From Acidobacteria bacterium AH-259-O06 (lineage in GTDB: Bacteria > Acidobacteriota > UBA6911 > RPQK01 > JADFOI01), in NCBI GenBank assembly GCA_027717865.1, contig JALLOM010000002.1, positions 1-46,452 of the forward strand: 46,452 bases of DNA, written 5' to 3'. Within the stretch, counting starts at the first letter, position 1; every line of letters begins with the position of its first letter. Below the pieces are notes generated by a model. The model saw nothing but the letters and a program-made list of their open reading frames with translations. It ran no database searches and had not been told where the DNA came from. This document shows, piece after piece, positions 1 to 8,581 of this stretch. A program made the position numbers and the translations under genes.

Positions 1-138
1 TCGAGGCGCCGGGGCCAGATTACCCAGAGAGCAGATCGTTCTTTGGCGCGGTCCCTTGGGAGTCTGAACCGACTTCACCAGCAGGTAGTTCGTGTACTCC
101 TTGCCCTTGTAGATGCGACTGGTTTTTCGGATGTACAT
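1..138 (-). mobile_element. IS transposase gene, first 46 codons only; continues past the left window edge (IS1634/IS4-like, tentative)
   Basis: Reverse-strand ATG at 138 gives MYIRKTSRIYKGKEYTNYLLVKSVQTPKGPRQRTICSLGNLAPAPR, open to position 1. It resembles N-termini of IS1634-type transposases from memory. It is under 60 aa in this window, so absent from the ORF track. Confidence 0.45.
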
Positions 139-801
139 TCATCACTACATATATCATACCAACCTGACATATACAGTAATATACTTAGTCACGTTAGTCA
201 CTATTTTGCTAATCTGCAAAGACGCTCGCTGAAAACAAAGGACTTGCCGGCCCCGACTGCGCAAAATAGGCGGAAATCGCTCAGCGGACCGCGGAAGTTA
301 GGTTAGGCCGCGGGACCGCTTGAAGGAATGTATGCCACCGAACAGATCGCGCAGAAGTCTGAAACCGATTGTTGGCCCGGAGATTTATCAGGTCTGGGTA
401 GAGATGCTTTCTATCCTCGACGCTGGAAGGCACAGAATCATAACCTACTTGTGGTTGTCCCACCAGGATTGGGAACCGGTTCCCGTCATTTCAAGGGAAA
501 GGGTCCAGCCATAGCTTCCTTGGTGTCACAATGTCCCCTTGTTCCGTCGCCCGAGTCACGGAGGAAGGACACAATCGGACGATGGGCGAGCATTACGATG
601 ACCGGCACAGGGCAAAACAGACACAGATGCTCGGGAAACGTTTTCTGATTCGAGTGGATTTCTCGAGGCGGACCAGCGGCTGCCAACCGGCATCGAAGCA
701 GCATCCGGAACAACCTATGTCATTGTCGAGATATCTCTATACAGAACCTTATTCGCTTGAAGCCGAGGCCACCCCAAGTCCTGGATATACGGTCTATTCT
801 T

Positions 802-1212
802 TTATCGCCTGAGAGGCTCTTGCGGAATCTCTTTGAACTTTGTAAATTCCGGGTCTTTGTGGATCAAGGTTGCTTCGCAGGCAATCGCAGTGGCTCCGAT
901 CCAACTATCAGCCACCGATAATCTTGCCTGAGCTTTGAGCCGGGAGGCGATTTCAAGGATACCCGGCTCGCAGGAAACCCACTCCATAGCGAAGCAATCT
1001 ATCAGACGAAGTACTTGACGTGCTGCCTCTTCCCCCTCCTCGCGCCAGACGCAATAGAGAAGCTCCATTCGGCTCATGAACGAGACGAGCAACCGACACC
1101 GGCCCCCTTCTGCCTGCATGAGCAAGCTCTCCACTCGGTCGGCACCGGGCTCATCGCCGCGAAGGGCAAGTAGCGCGGAAGTATCGAGGACAAAGACATT
1201 CTTAAGAGGCAT
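802..1212 (-). CDS. vapC: PIN-domain toxin VapC
   Basis: 136 aa. The PIN acidic residues sit in typical contexts (VLDTSAL, SRMEL, SVADSWI, HKDPEF). It overlaps the upstream antitoxin gene by 11 nt. Confidence 0.9.
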   Translation of the reverse strand: MPLKNVFVLDTSALLALRGDEPGADRVESLLMQAEGGRCRLLVSFMSRMELLYCVWREEGEEAARQVLRLIDCFAMEWVSCEPGILEIASRLKAQARLSVADSWIGATAIACEATLIHKDPEFTKFKEIPQEPLRR

Positions 1213-1435
1213 TTTCCTGTTCTTGGTCCCGCCTCCTCTCGTCCAAAAGCCGCCTGACCATCCCCTTTTTACCCGAACCGCGAAAGGCTTTCAGTGGGTC
1301 GGACGGTAACGGTATGACCCTTGCCGTGTTGCCTTCCACCACCCATTCCAGCTTAGTGTCGGGACCGATCTTGAGTTTCTTTCGGACCTCGGACGGAATA
1401 GAAACCTGTCCGCGTTTTGTTACCTTTGTACGCAT
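1202..1435 (-). CDS. vapB: AbrB/SpoVT-type antitoxin VapB
   Basis: Internal ATG at 1435 of track ORF 1202..1657 gives the 77-aa MRTKVTKRGQVSIPSEVRKKLKIGPDTKLEWVVEGNTARVIPLP.., a SpoVT-AbrB swapped-hairpin signature. The upstream 74 codons of the long ORF look non-coding. Confidence 0.85.
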   Translation of the reverse strand: MRTKVTKRGQVSIPSEVRKKLKIGPDTKLEWVVEGNTARVIPLPSDPLKAFRGSGKKGMVRRLLDERRRDQEQENAS

Positions 1436-1769
1436 AAATCCAGACTGTACAAGATAAAAGACTGAACTGCAAGCAATTTTCCGAATAGTCGTGCGGTCAT
1501 GCCCGGCACACTGCCGTTGCCTTATCTTTCTCCCGAGGTGGTCCTGGAATTGGTAGAGCGCGAATGAATTCAGGGTCAGGTCAAAAATGTAACGGCCGTG
1601 GGCGATGACCGTCGACGAGACGGCCGAGACGGTTACGGCACGCGGTGGATTAGGCATTCCTGTCCGCGGACGAGTGGAAATATCTGGTTGGAGGTAAAAC
1701 CCTTGCAGGCGACGAGATCATTGTTGTCACCAAGTTGGGTGCAACAGGCAAATTAGTTATCATGACGGA

Positions 1770-3437
1770 ATGAGGGGACAAAGAATTCGACCTGCTTCTC
1801 TGGTGCTACTGCTATATATCGCTGGGTTCGCTTGGCAACTGCAGGCACACGAGCACCACGGACATCGCGGGCCAACCTACGAGGTGCGCAAGTCGATCGA
1901 GATTAAGTCTGGTGAAAAAAAACTACAGCTAACCGTCATCGATCAGCAGACAGGAAAGCCGACGGCGGCGCGGTTCAGCTTGATGGTCAACGGCGCTTCG
2001 TACACTCCGCATGGGCTGGGTAAAAACGGTCTGCGATTCGTTTCGATTCACCAGGGAAGGGGACAACGGTTCGTGGCTCTCTACACGCGCGGCAGCGGGG
2101 ACGTGGAAGTGCCCTTACCTGCCAATGCGCGCGGCGGAGTTGTTTTGGTAACCAAAGGTTTCGACTTTTTTCCCGAGCAGATTTCCTTCGAGGTCAAAGG
2201 TGACACGGCTAAAGTGAACACCAAGTTGTGGCGGTGGACCGACATCCGAGCTCAAGGTTGGCTGCCGGCCGACGAGCATTTGCATTACGATCGCTTGGAT
2301 CCGGCGCACGACAAGGACTGGCTCACCATACTGGACGCCGATGGCCTGACGCACGCCCATTTCCTGGTGCTGAAGGGAGGCAACCTGCCGGGAGTGTGGG
2401 CCCGGCAATTCGCTCACGGAAAGGCAGGCGAGGTGGGGGATGGCCAGCGACTGATCCGTCCGGGCGAAGAGTACCGTGACGGTAGCCAAGGTCATATTAA
2501 CCTGCTCGGCATCGGCGAGGTAATTCTTCCGATTTCTACCGGTGGGATCGGCCGGCCGCAGATCGTATACAACTACCCTCCTCTGTACGATATCTTGCAG
2601 CGGACGCGAGCGGTTGGCGGAATCGGAGGACCAGCACACGGGGGCACCCTGTCGCGCAGCCCCACGGCTGTGCTGGATACGGTACTCGGCGGGGTGGACT
2701 TCTTTGAGCTCGCCAACACCCATCTGTATGAGGTGGACGTGTGGTACCGGCTGATGAACTGCGGTTATGTGGTCCCTCCCGCGGCAGGAACCGACTTGCC
2801 CAACTTCCCTTTCCGAGACAGCTGGCAGCCGCTGATGGGCGAGACACGCATGTACGTGCGTGTTGGCCCGAAGCAAGATTTCCCGTCTTGGAAAGAGGCC
2901 GTCCGCCGCGGCGAGGTATTTATTTCCAGCGGGCCCATCATCAAATTTGCTGCAGGCGGTGCTGAACCTGGCGGGGTGATCCAGCTGCCAGCAGTCGGGG
3001 GCGACGTCCTGTTAGAAGCGGAACTGGCCAGCCCTCGACACCTGCAGGCTCTGGAAATCGTTCACAACGGCACGGTGGTCACAGCGCCCATTCGGAAAAC
3101 AAACGACGGGCCGATCCACCGGTGGCGCATCCGTCAGCGCCTGCGGATAACCGAAAGCAGTTGGCTGGCGGCTCGTGGTGTGGGGGCGGCCAAGCGGGCA
3201 CTCGAGGAACATACCACGTTCAAGCGAAACGCCATTGCCCATACGGCGGCCATACGAGTGCTAGTGGGAGACCAGCCTATACGATCATCCCAGGACGCGA
3301 AGATTTTGTTGCGCCAATTAAGGGATCAGCAAGAATATTACCGTACCCAAGCCAAGTACGAACAGACCGAGCATCGTACACGCTTTTTGCAACTTTTTGA
3401 CAGCGCGATTGCGGAAATTAAGCGTCAAGCAAACTAA
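1770..3437 (+). CDS. Secreted metal-dependent hydrolase-like protein (PHP/amidohydrolase-like; function uncertain)
   Basis: 555 aa with an N-terminal signal-like segment (LVLLLYIAGFAWQLQA) and His-rich motifs (HEHHGH, ADEHLHYD, GGPAHGG). GC-rich codon usage matches the flanks. Its last 39 nt are repeated at 25630-25668. Confidence 0.75.
   Translation: MRGQRIRPASLVLLLYIAGFAWQLQAHEHHGHRGPTYEVRKSIEIKSGEKKLQLTVIDQQTGKPTAARFSLMVNGASYTPHGLGKNGLRFVSIHQGRGQRFVALYTRGSGDVEVPLPANARGGVVLVTKGFDFFPEQISFEVKGDTAKVNTKLWRWTDIRAQGWLPADEHLHYDRLDPAHDKDWLTILDADGLTHAHFLVLKGGNLPGVWARQFAHGKAGEVGDGQRLIRPGEEYRDGSQGHINLLGIGEVILPISTGGIGRPQIVYNYPPLYDILQRTRAVGGIGGPAHGGTLSRSPTAVLDTVLGGVDFFELANTHLYEVDVWYRLMNCGYVVPPAAGTDLPNFPFRDSWQPLMGETRMYVRVGPKQDFPSWKEAVRRGEVFISSGPIIKFAAGGAEPGGVIQLPAVGGDVLLEAELASPRHLQALEIVHNGTVVTAPIRKTNDGPIHRWRIRQRLRITESSWLAARGVGAAKRALEEHTTFKRNAIAHTAAIRVLVGDQPIRSSQDAKILLRQLRDQQEYYRTQAKYEQTEHRTRFLQLFDSAIAEIKRQAN
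3393..3431. repeat. Left copy of the 39-bp perfect direct repeat (putative attL core)
   Basis: ctttttgacagcgcgattgcggaaattaagcgtcaagca is identical to 25630-25668. A further 8 nt (aactaact, 3432-3439) match 25672-25679 after a 3-nt indel. Confidence 0.85.
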
Positions 3438-3879
3438 CTAGCCTCCATCCGGAAAGGGTTTTCTGACGCGCTATGTTGTTGAAAAGTAATGTAGTGCGAG
3501 GTTCGGGTATTAATTCAAGCCTCTCAGTAATTGACTCAAGAGAATTGATCTTGTCGCCTAAGGTATCTGTGAAGGAGTTTACACGTTCGTACAAAGGCAC
3601 CGGACCAGGTTGCATGACGAGAGGACGGTGGGTGTGGGAGTACTTATATTCCTCTGCCAGTGCCTCAGTCGAGAAGATTCTCTTCAGCATTTCCAGATTG
3701 AAGTCATCCCATTTACTCCGATCTGACTTGGCGGCCTTTAACTCCGTCTCATTTGTAATGTCTCGTTGCTCTAGCTCCCGACCTACCTCAATACGTTGCA
3801 ACAAAAGTTCAGTGGCTTCTTCTCTGGACAAAGTAAGTTCCGGTTGCTGCGCTGGCTTCGGAGTCTTTTTCCTTGGCAT
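3418..3879 (-). CDS. Hypothetical protein, basic N-terminus plus predicted helical/coiled-coil body
   Basis: 153-aa ORF, last gene of the XRE-ImmA unit and 138 nt downstream of ImmA. No family recognised. Its 3' end runs into the att-like repeat and overlaps the convergent gene by 20 nt. Confidence 0.6.
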   Translation of the reverse strand: MPRKKTPKPAQQPELTLSREEATELLLQRIEVGRELEQRDITNETELKAAKSDRSKWDDFNLEMLKRIFSTEALAEEYKYSHTHRPLVMQPGPVPLYERVNSFTDTLGDKINSLESITERLELIPEPRTTLLFNNIARQKTLSGWRLVSLLDA

Positions 3880-4017
3880 AGGGCTATTTTACCAGCCGCA
3901 CTGCTGGTTCAGAGACCTTTATTTTAGCTGGGGTTGGCTGGAGTTGGTTCCTCGCGGGCACATTTCAGGCACAACCCCTTACGTAAAGGGAGCCATGTTC
4001 TCAGTAATTGGCACCTT

Positions 4018-4899
4018 TCAACGTCGGAACCGGGGTTTCCAGGATTCCATCATCTCTTCCTCCTCCTGAATCTCCTCAAAGTCCGGAAGGTCCGTCGGCG
4101 TGAGCACTGTCAAGGTCCTACCGTAGCTTCCCAGACCAATGACTTCTTCAGTGGTCTCGATGTTGAATCGACTGCCGAACCAGTCCTGCAGGTTGGAGGT
4201 GCCGGCGGTACGATTTGCTGATTCGACACGATAGGGGTCCCGATTAAACCTAAACGTAGCACTGTCTTGAGGAAGAGCTTCACCCTTTCTAATCCATTCA
4301 AGGCCCTCAACCTCCTTCAGTGTATCGGACATGAAGCAATAGTTAACCCGGTCGCCAGCACTAACGATGATCGCCATCGCATCGCGGGTGCATTGTGTAT
4401 AACGGATCGCTGTCGCTGTCAGGGAAGTGACGCATAGTTCCGCAAGGCTCTCAATGGCCGCGAACCCCTCGCCGGCGCAGTCGATTGCATCCGTGAATAA
4501 CGGCGTTGGCATCAGCAGGTTGGCGGCGAAATGGTCAGCTTCTATTTCATACCGATCGTTGGACCTGAAACCGGCGTGCGACTCATGAAGGTCACAATCG
4601 CCAAGCACAGCGTCGATGTGACCGGGCAAAAAGTAGTGACCCAGCTCGTGTGCGACACTGAAGTTCTGGAATCCGAGATTGTTGATGTGCGTGGCGTAGG
4701 CAATTCCAAAGGCATTTCCTACGCGTAGCAACATGCCCGATATGCCTTCAGTGCTGGCTTCTTTCGCCATAACTTCGATGTTCAGCGAGCGAGCCAACGC
4801 GATCGGGTCCACAGGAAGCGTTGTGATACCGTGTTCTTTGACGACTTTTCTAGCTTCTAGGGTGGCCCGCCAGGAGGATTCGTCACGGTCGCGGTTCAT
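4018..4899 (-). CDS. ImmA/IrrE-family (COG2856) zinc metallopeptidase with a ~150-aa C-terminal extension
   Basis: 293 aa with the HEXXH motif HELGHYFLPGH. A 4-nt ATGA overlap (4896-4899) couples it to the upstream XRE gene, the classic XRE-COG2856 pairing. Confidence 0.88.
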   Translation of the reverse strand: MNRDRDESSWRATLEARKVVKEHGITTLPVDPIALARSLNIEVMAKEASTEGISGMLLRVGNAFGIAYATHINNLGFQNFSVAHELGHYFLPGHIDAVLGDCDLHESHAGFRSNDRYEIEADHFAANLLMPTPLFTDAIDCAGEGFAAIESLAELCVTSLTATAIRYTQCTRDAMAIIVSAGDRVNYCFMSDTLKEVEGLEWIRKGEALPQDSATFRFNRDPYRVESANRTAGTSNLQDWFGSRFNIETTEEVIGLGSYGRTLTVLTPTDLPDFEEIQEEEEMMESWKPRFRR

Positions 4900-5258
4900 T
4901 CGTCCTCCTTTTTTGTATTACCCTTTGCCTTGCTGGCCAGGAACTCCACGATCCCCTCCGCCATCTCACGGTCACCACTGCTTAGCTGATCAAGGTGTCG
5001 ATACAGCCTGTCGGCACTGGCCAGGTCCTGTGTCTCGTCCACACGCCCCAGCAGGTAATCAGTAGTAACGTCAAGGGCATCGGCCAGCCGTCGAAGATTG
5101 TCGAACGACGGCTTGCGGGTTCCGGTCTCAAAATGCGAGATAGCAGAGGCCTGGAGGTTTGCACGCTTCGCAAGCCCTTCCTGGCTCAACTCGCGTTTGG
5201 CCCGGGCAGAGCGCAGACGTTCTGGAAAAAGTTCAGTTGGTGGCCTTGACTTTTTCAT
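4896..5258 (-). CDS. XRE-family HTH transcriptional repressor (ImmR-like)
   Basis: 120 aa. The HTH_3 signature is LRSARAKRELSQEGLAKRANLQASAISHFETGTRKPSFDNLRRLADALDVTTDYLLG. Confidence 0.9.
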   Translation of the reverse strand: MKKSRPPTELFPERLRSARAKRELSQEGLAKRANLQASAISHFETGTRKPSFDNLRRLADALDVTTDYLLGRVDETQDLASADRLYRHLDQLSSGDREMAEGIVEFLASKAKGNTKKEDE

Positions 5259-5379
5259 TACGACTCCGTATAGTGATATATGACGACTTCGTAGACTTTC
5301 AGCGGCGTTTTTTTGCCGCCCATATAGACGAACACGTCAAATATTACATGACGAAATAGGAAAGTACAAGGAGGATTTG
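5259..5379. promoter_or_regulatory. Divergent promoter/operator region between XRE (-) and the DUF2188/Ubl operon (+)
   Basis: Near-identical 11-mers ACGACTCCGTA (5260-5270) and ACGACTTCGTA (5283-5293). A GACG-N4-CGTC palindrome lies at 5327-5338. An AAGGAGG RBS at 5368-5374 precedes ATG 5380. Confidence 0.4.
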
Positions 5380-5604
5380 ATGACGAAACGCAATCAACAC
5401 ATTGTTCCTCATGAAGGAGGGTGGGCCGTTAAGGGTGCGGGTAACCAACGCGCGACTTCAGTACACGACACCCAACAAGAGGCCATCGACGTCGGGCGCA
5501 AGATCGCCGGCAATCAGAGTACTGAATTGTTTATTCATGGCAGAGATGGACGCATCCGGTACCGCGATTCCCATGGAAATGATCCATTTCCACCGAAAGG
5601 CTGA
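5380..5604 (+). CDS. DUF2188 family small protein
   Basis: Strong RBS. The sequence HIVPHEGGWAVKGAGNQRATSVHDTQQEAIDVGRKIAGNQSTELFIHGRDGRIRYRDSHGNDPFPPKG matches the DUF2188 pattern from memory. Confidence 0.8.
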   Translation: MTKRNQHIVPHEGGWAVKGAGNQRATSVHDTQQEAIDVGRKIAGNQSTELFIHGRDGRIRYRDSHGNDPFPPKG

Positions 5605-5706
5605 ATACGAAATGAGCAGCAGAAATAACATGGCACTGATGGATATCAGCCAGCTCCGTTCATGCTGGTAGACAGGAGATAACCACAAGAACGAAAGGAA
5701 TAAACC

Positions 5707-5949
5707 ATGGAAGAACTTACTCTTGAAATTGCTACTCCTAAAGGGCTTTTTGTCGGAACGTTTTCCAAGACCACGAAAGTGGAAGAGGTGATCTCCACCG
5801 TCATCACCGAGAAAGGCCTAGATGGCGCTGACTCCCTCGAATTGATCCACAACGGAAACGTCTTGGAACCAGTTCAGCGACCTTTAGTTAGCTTCGGATT
5901 GGAGGGCACCGTTCAACTTGAACTTGTAGCTACAGGTTCCGGGGTCTGA
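5707..5949 (+). CDS. Ubiquitin-like beta-grasp protein (Ubl), C-terminus ..VATGSGV
   Basis: 80 aa with an alternating beta/alpha pattern typical of a beta-grasp fold and a Gly-containing tail. It sits first in a Ubl-E2-JAB-E1 operon. Confidence 0.65.
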   Translation: MEELTLEIATPKGLFVGTFSKTTKVEEVISTVITEKGLDGADSLELIHNGNVLEPVQRPLVSFGLEGTVQLELVATGSGV

Positions 5950-5956
5950 TTTTGCG

Positions 5957-6409
5957 ATGACCGTTACAGAACTCGTTTTTGCAGAACAGTTTGAACACCT
6001 ACGCGAAATAGTAGCCGCCCGGAACTGGGAGTTGGAGCAAGCCGACGGATCAAGTTTTATTTTGAGGCTTCAGGCCCGGGACAACTCCTATTTTTGGCTA
6101 AAGGTCGAATGCAATGATTATCCAGCTCAACCACCAGCTTGGCATTGGTATAATCCAGATACAGGAGCTCTCGACCAACCTCCAGATACGCCCCGAGGAA
6201 GTAATTTTTTCCACGGCTCTGGTCGCATCTGTGCTCCTTGGAACCGCTTAGCCTATAGCTCCTATGACCCCAATGGACCACACGGGGATTGGCAATTTGC
6301 CAACTGGATCACCAATGCAAAGACGGCCAGTTGTACAACACTCGCCGCTATGGCTCTCCGCTTGGCGGTCGAACTTCACAGCACTCGATTTCGGGGAAGA
6401 ATGAACTGA
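5957..6409 (+). CDS. E2-like (UBC-fold) ubiquitin-conjugating enzyme homologue
   Basis: 150 aa with a DYPAQPP flap motif and FFHGSGRIC(92)APW, placing the candidate catalytic Cys at 6230-6232. It starts 7 nt after the Ubl stop. Confidence 0.7.
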   Translation: MTVTELVFAEQFEHLREIVAARNWELEQADGSSFILRLQARDNSYFWLKVECNDYPAQPPAWHWYNPDTGALDQPPDTPRGSNFFHGSGRICAPWNRLAYSSYDPNGPHGDWQFANWITNAKTASCTTLAAMALRLAVELHSTRFRGRMN

Positions 6410-6411
6410 TC

Positions 6412-6933
6412 ATGTGGACCCGGATATTTCAATTACTATCCGGGAAACAGCCATATAAGCCAGGCCCGCCCGCACCGCCTCGGGTCGTTCTGACTGAGGC
6501 CTGCCTCCATGCACTCCAAGAGTGCTTGGCACCTGAGACCATCCGGGGACATGAAGGTATCGCCTATCTTGTCGGACAAAACAATGGGTACACTACCTTG
6601 GCAGCTGGTGCGATCCGTCCTCGTGCAAGAACGACAGAGGCTAGTTTTGAGGTGGATGCATCAGCTATGGCAAACGTTGTACGAACCGCTGTCACAAATG
6701 GTCTAGAAGTGGTAGGTCAAGTTCATACTCATCCCGGTCATGCGTACCACAGTGGTGGAGATGAAACAGGGGCTCGAATTGCATATTCCGGCTATGTATC
6801 CATCGTACTCCCTTACTATGGTCGACAATTACCGTCTCTGACTGGCATAGCTGCATATATGTACCGAACAGGAATTGGCTTTGTACCTGTTGATCTGGAG
6901 TGCATCATGGTCCTACACGCAACACTGAAATGA
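6412..6933 (+). CDS. JAB/MPN (JAMM) metalloisopeptidase, deubiquitinase-like
   Basis: Internal ATG 6412 lies 2 nt after the E2 stop. The catalytic Glu is in HEGIAYL and the metal site HTHPGHAYHSGGD lies at 6724-6762. Confidence 0.85.
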   Translation: MWTRIFQLLSGKQPYKPGPPAPPRVVLTEACLHALQECLAPETIRGHEGIAYLVGQNNGYTTLAAGAIRPRARTTEASFEVDASAMANVVRTAVTNGLEVVGQVHTHPGHAYHSGGDETGARIAYSGYVSIVLPYYGRQLPSLTGIAAYMYRTGIGFVPVDLECIMVLHATLK

Positions 6934-8282
6934 ACCACCAGGACTACCGAGCCGAGCGTGATGACCGGCTACTCCGTTATGCTGGCCGGCAGCTCGATCC
7001 CAACCGCTGGATTTGCTTGCGCGTAGACTCAGAGTACGTGAGCACATTCTCCGGACAAGCTGCCTTTCTTACTGCTGCTACCCTCTTAGGGCGGATGTCT
7101 CCCTCAGTCGCTCTTGATACTCCCAATGTACCTGTCATCGAGTCATTGCCCTGGCAGGCTCAAAATATTTGTGATCTAACCCTCAAGAGGTTATACGAAA
7201 GCGACCCCCACGGTAACTTTTGCGAACGACCGTTCCGGGATGAGGACTTTCTAATCCACTTAGGTTCTGAAGGTGCACCCAGTATAACTCATGGTATTGG
7301 ATGGTATGCCTATGTCGGGCCAGAACCATCGCCGATCCCAACCACAGTAGAAATAAATCCTGTTGGAGCGTGTTTGGCCGCTGTGATTGCTGCTGCACGC
7401 TTATTCGTCCATGATTTCAACTCTCCTTCCTTCACCCTTCTTCTTAACGCCTTTGACTGGTCGGACGCCTCTGGACATGTCGATTCAGTACCCCCCCTGC
7501 CCGGGACGTTGGACCTTGGAGACATCTGGATGGTCGGCACTGGATCGGTTGGCACGTCGATCCTGTTCTTCCTGACACTGTCCACACAAAATTTCTCGAC
7601 TACTCTATTTGACATGGATCAAGTAAAGCGACTCAATATTACAAGATCCCCGATCTTCACCGAAGATCACATAGGACTGGAAAAGGTTGAAGCTGCAAGG
7701 AAGTATCTCCACAACTGTGGTGTAACTTCCGTTCGGGCAGAACCGTGTCCCCTACATGAGTCGGCGATTTGGAAACAACGACAGACAGGAAGTCCGGATT
7801 TGCTGATTTCAGCCGCCAATGAATTGAACGTACGTCACGGAATCGAAAACCAATACCCCCCTATTCAGATCTATGGGACAACAGGTCAAAACTGGCAGGC
7901 AGCGACAATCCGTCACATTCCACTCCTTGACCCCTGCTCGGTATGTCTCTTTCCTAATACTGAGTACTCCAAAACACTTTGCGCCACCGATACAAACCAA
8001 CGATCCACGGATCTAGACAACGAACAAGTAGATGCAGCGCTACCCTTTTTGTCATTCGCTGCTGGTCTTATGGCAACGGCTGAAATTTTAAAACTTACAC
8101 TACCGGAGTATCCGTTTTTACCAAACCGCACCTTCTTAAACACACTTCCAGAGCCACGATTTGTCTCCGCCTCCATGAAATCTCGGAAGGGGTGCCTCTG
8201 CACAAAAAGGAGCAATTCAATTCACTCTAAGTTACTTGCCGGCTCCCGCTTCGCCCATCTGTCGGCAAGGCAAAGGGATTGA
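6930..8282 (+). CDS. E1-like ThiF/MoeB-family adenylyltransferase (N-terminal inactive-like plus C-terminal active Rossmann domain)
   Basis: ATG 6930 overlaps the JAB stop (ATGA). Motifs are GTGSVG (7536-7553), FDMDQV, NITR, and the Cys clusters CSVC and CLC. The track start at 6900 is GTG. Confidence 0.85.
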   Translation: MNHQDYRAERDDRLLRYAGRQLDPNRWICLRVDSEYVSTFSGQAAFLTAATLLGRMSPSVALDTPNVPVIESLPWQAQNICDLTLKRLYESDPHGNFCERPFRDEDFLIHLGSEGAPSITHGIGWYAYVGPEPSPIPTTVEINPVGACLAAVIAAARLFVHDFNSPSFTLLLNAFDWSDASGHVDSVPPLPGTLDLGDIWMVGTGSVGTSILFFLTLSTQNFSTTLFDMDQVKRLNITRSPIFTEDHIGLEKVEAARKYLHNCGVTSVRAEPCPLHESAIWKQRQTGSPDLLISAANELNVRHGIENQYPPIQIYGTTGQNWQAATIRHIPLLDPCSVCLFPNTEYSKTLCATDTNQRSTDLDNEQVDAALPFLSFAAGLMATAEILKLTLPEYPFLPNRTFLNTLPEPRFVSASMKSRKGCLCTKRSNSIHSKLLAGSRFAHLSARQRD

Positions 8283-8581
8283 TCGAGCCTTACCCTGGCA
8301 GTTAGGTTGGTCCTGGGGTATTATTTTCATCCTGATAGTGTGAACGACAACAAGACACTGTTAGAGACGTTTGACCCGCACAGGATTCCCAATCCTGTGC
8401 GTTATTGTGCGAACGTCAACGGACGCGGCCTTTCGACAAGATTGTGCCTAGAATGTACCCGTAACCTTAGTGGGATTGAAATGTCCCGCGAGAGAAGAGG
8501 AGAGGGAGACACTAATCTTTTGGCGCAATCCAGTGGGACAGTCGCACATGTTCCAAACCCTTCCCCATCAGATGTAAGTGA

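Noticed and set aside
286-306. 12-nt match (gcggaagttagg) between 290-301 and the reverse complement of ~36056-36070, considered as possible IS termini
   Set aside because: The match is too short to distinguish from chance, and no flanking similarity or target duplication was seen.
139-801. Track ORFs 281-463, 320-514, 328-648, 486-713 and 531-812 between the IS edge and vapC
   Set aside because: They mutually overlap and have no RBS or recognisable motif. Their composition is skewed (R/S/P/C-rich). The region is probably the IS end plus non-coding DNA. I found no convincing RNA structure beyond a 6-bp CCGCGG hairpin at ~289-314.
1436-1657. N-terminal 74-codon extension of the VapB ORF
   Set aside because: AbrB-type antitoxins are ~70-90 aa. 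The internal ATG at 1435 starts exactly at the conserved MRTKVTKRGQVSIP, and the extension has no coding character.
6289-6411. Upstream extension of the JAB ORF overlapping the E2 gene
   Set aside because: The ATG at 6412 lies 2 nt after the E2 stop and gives a normal-size MPN domain. The extension would overlap 120 nt of the E2 coding sequence.
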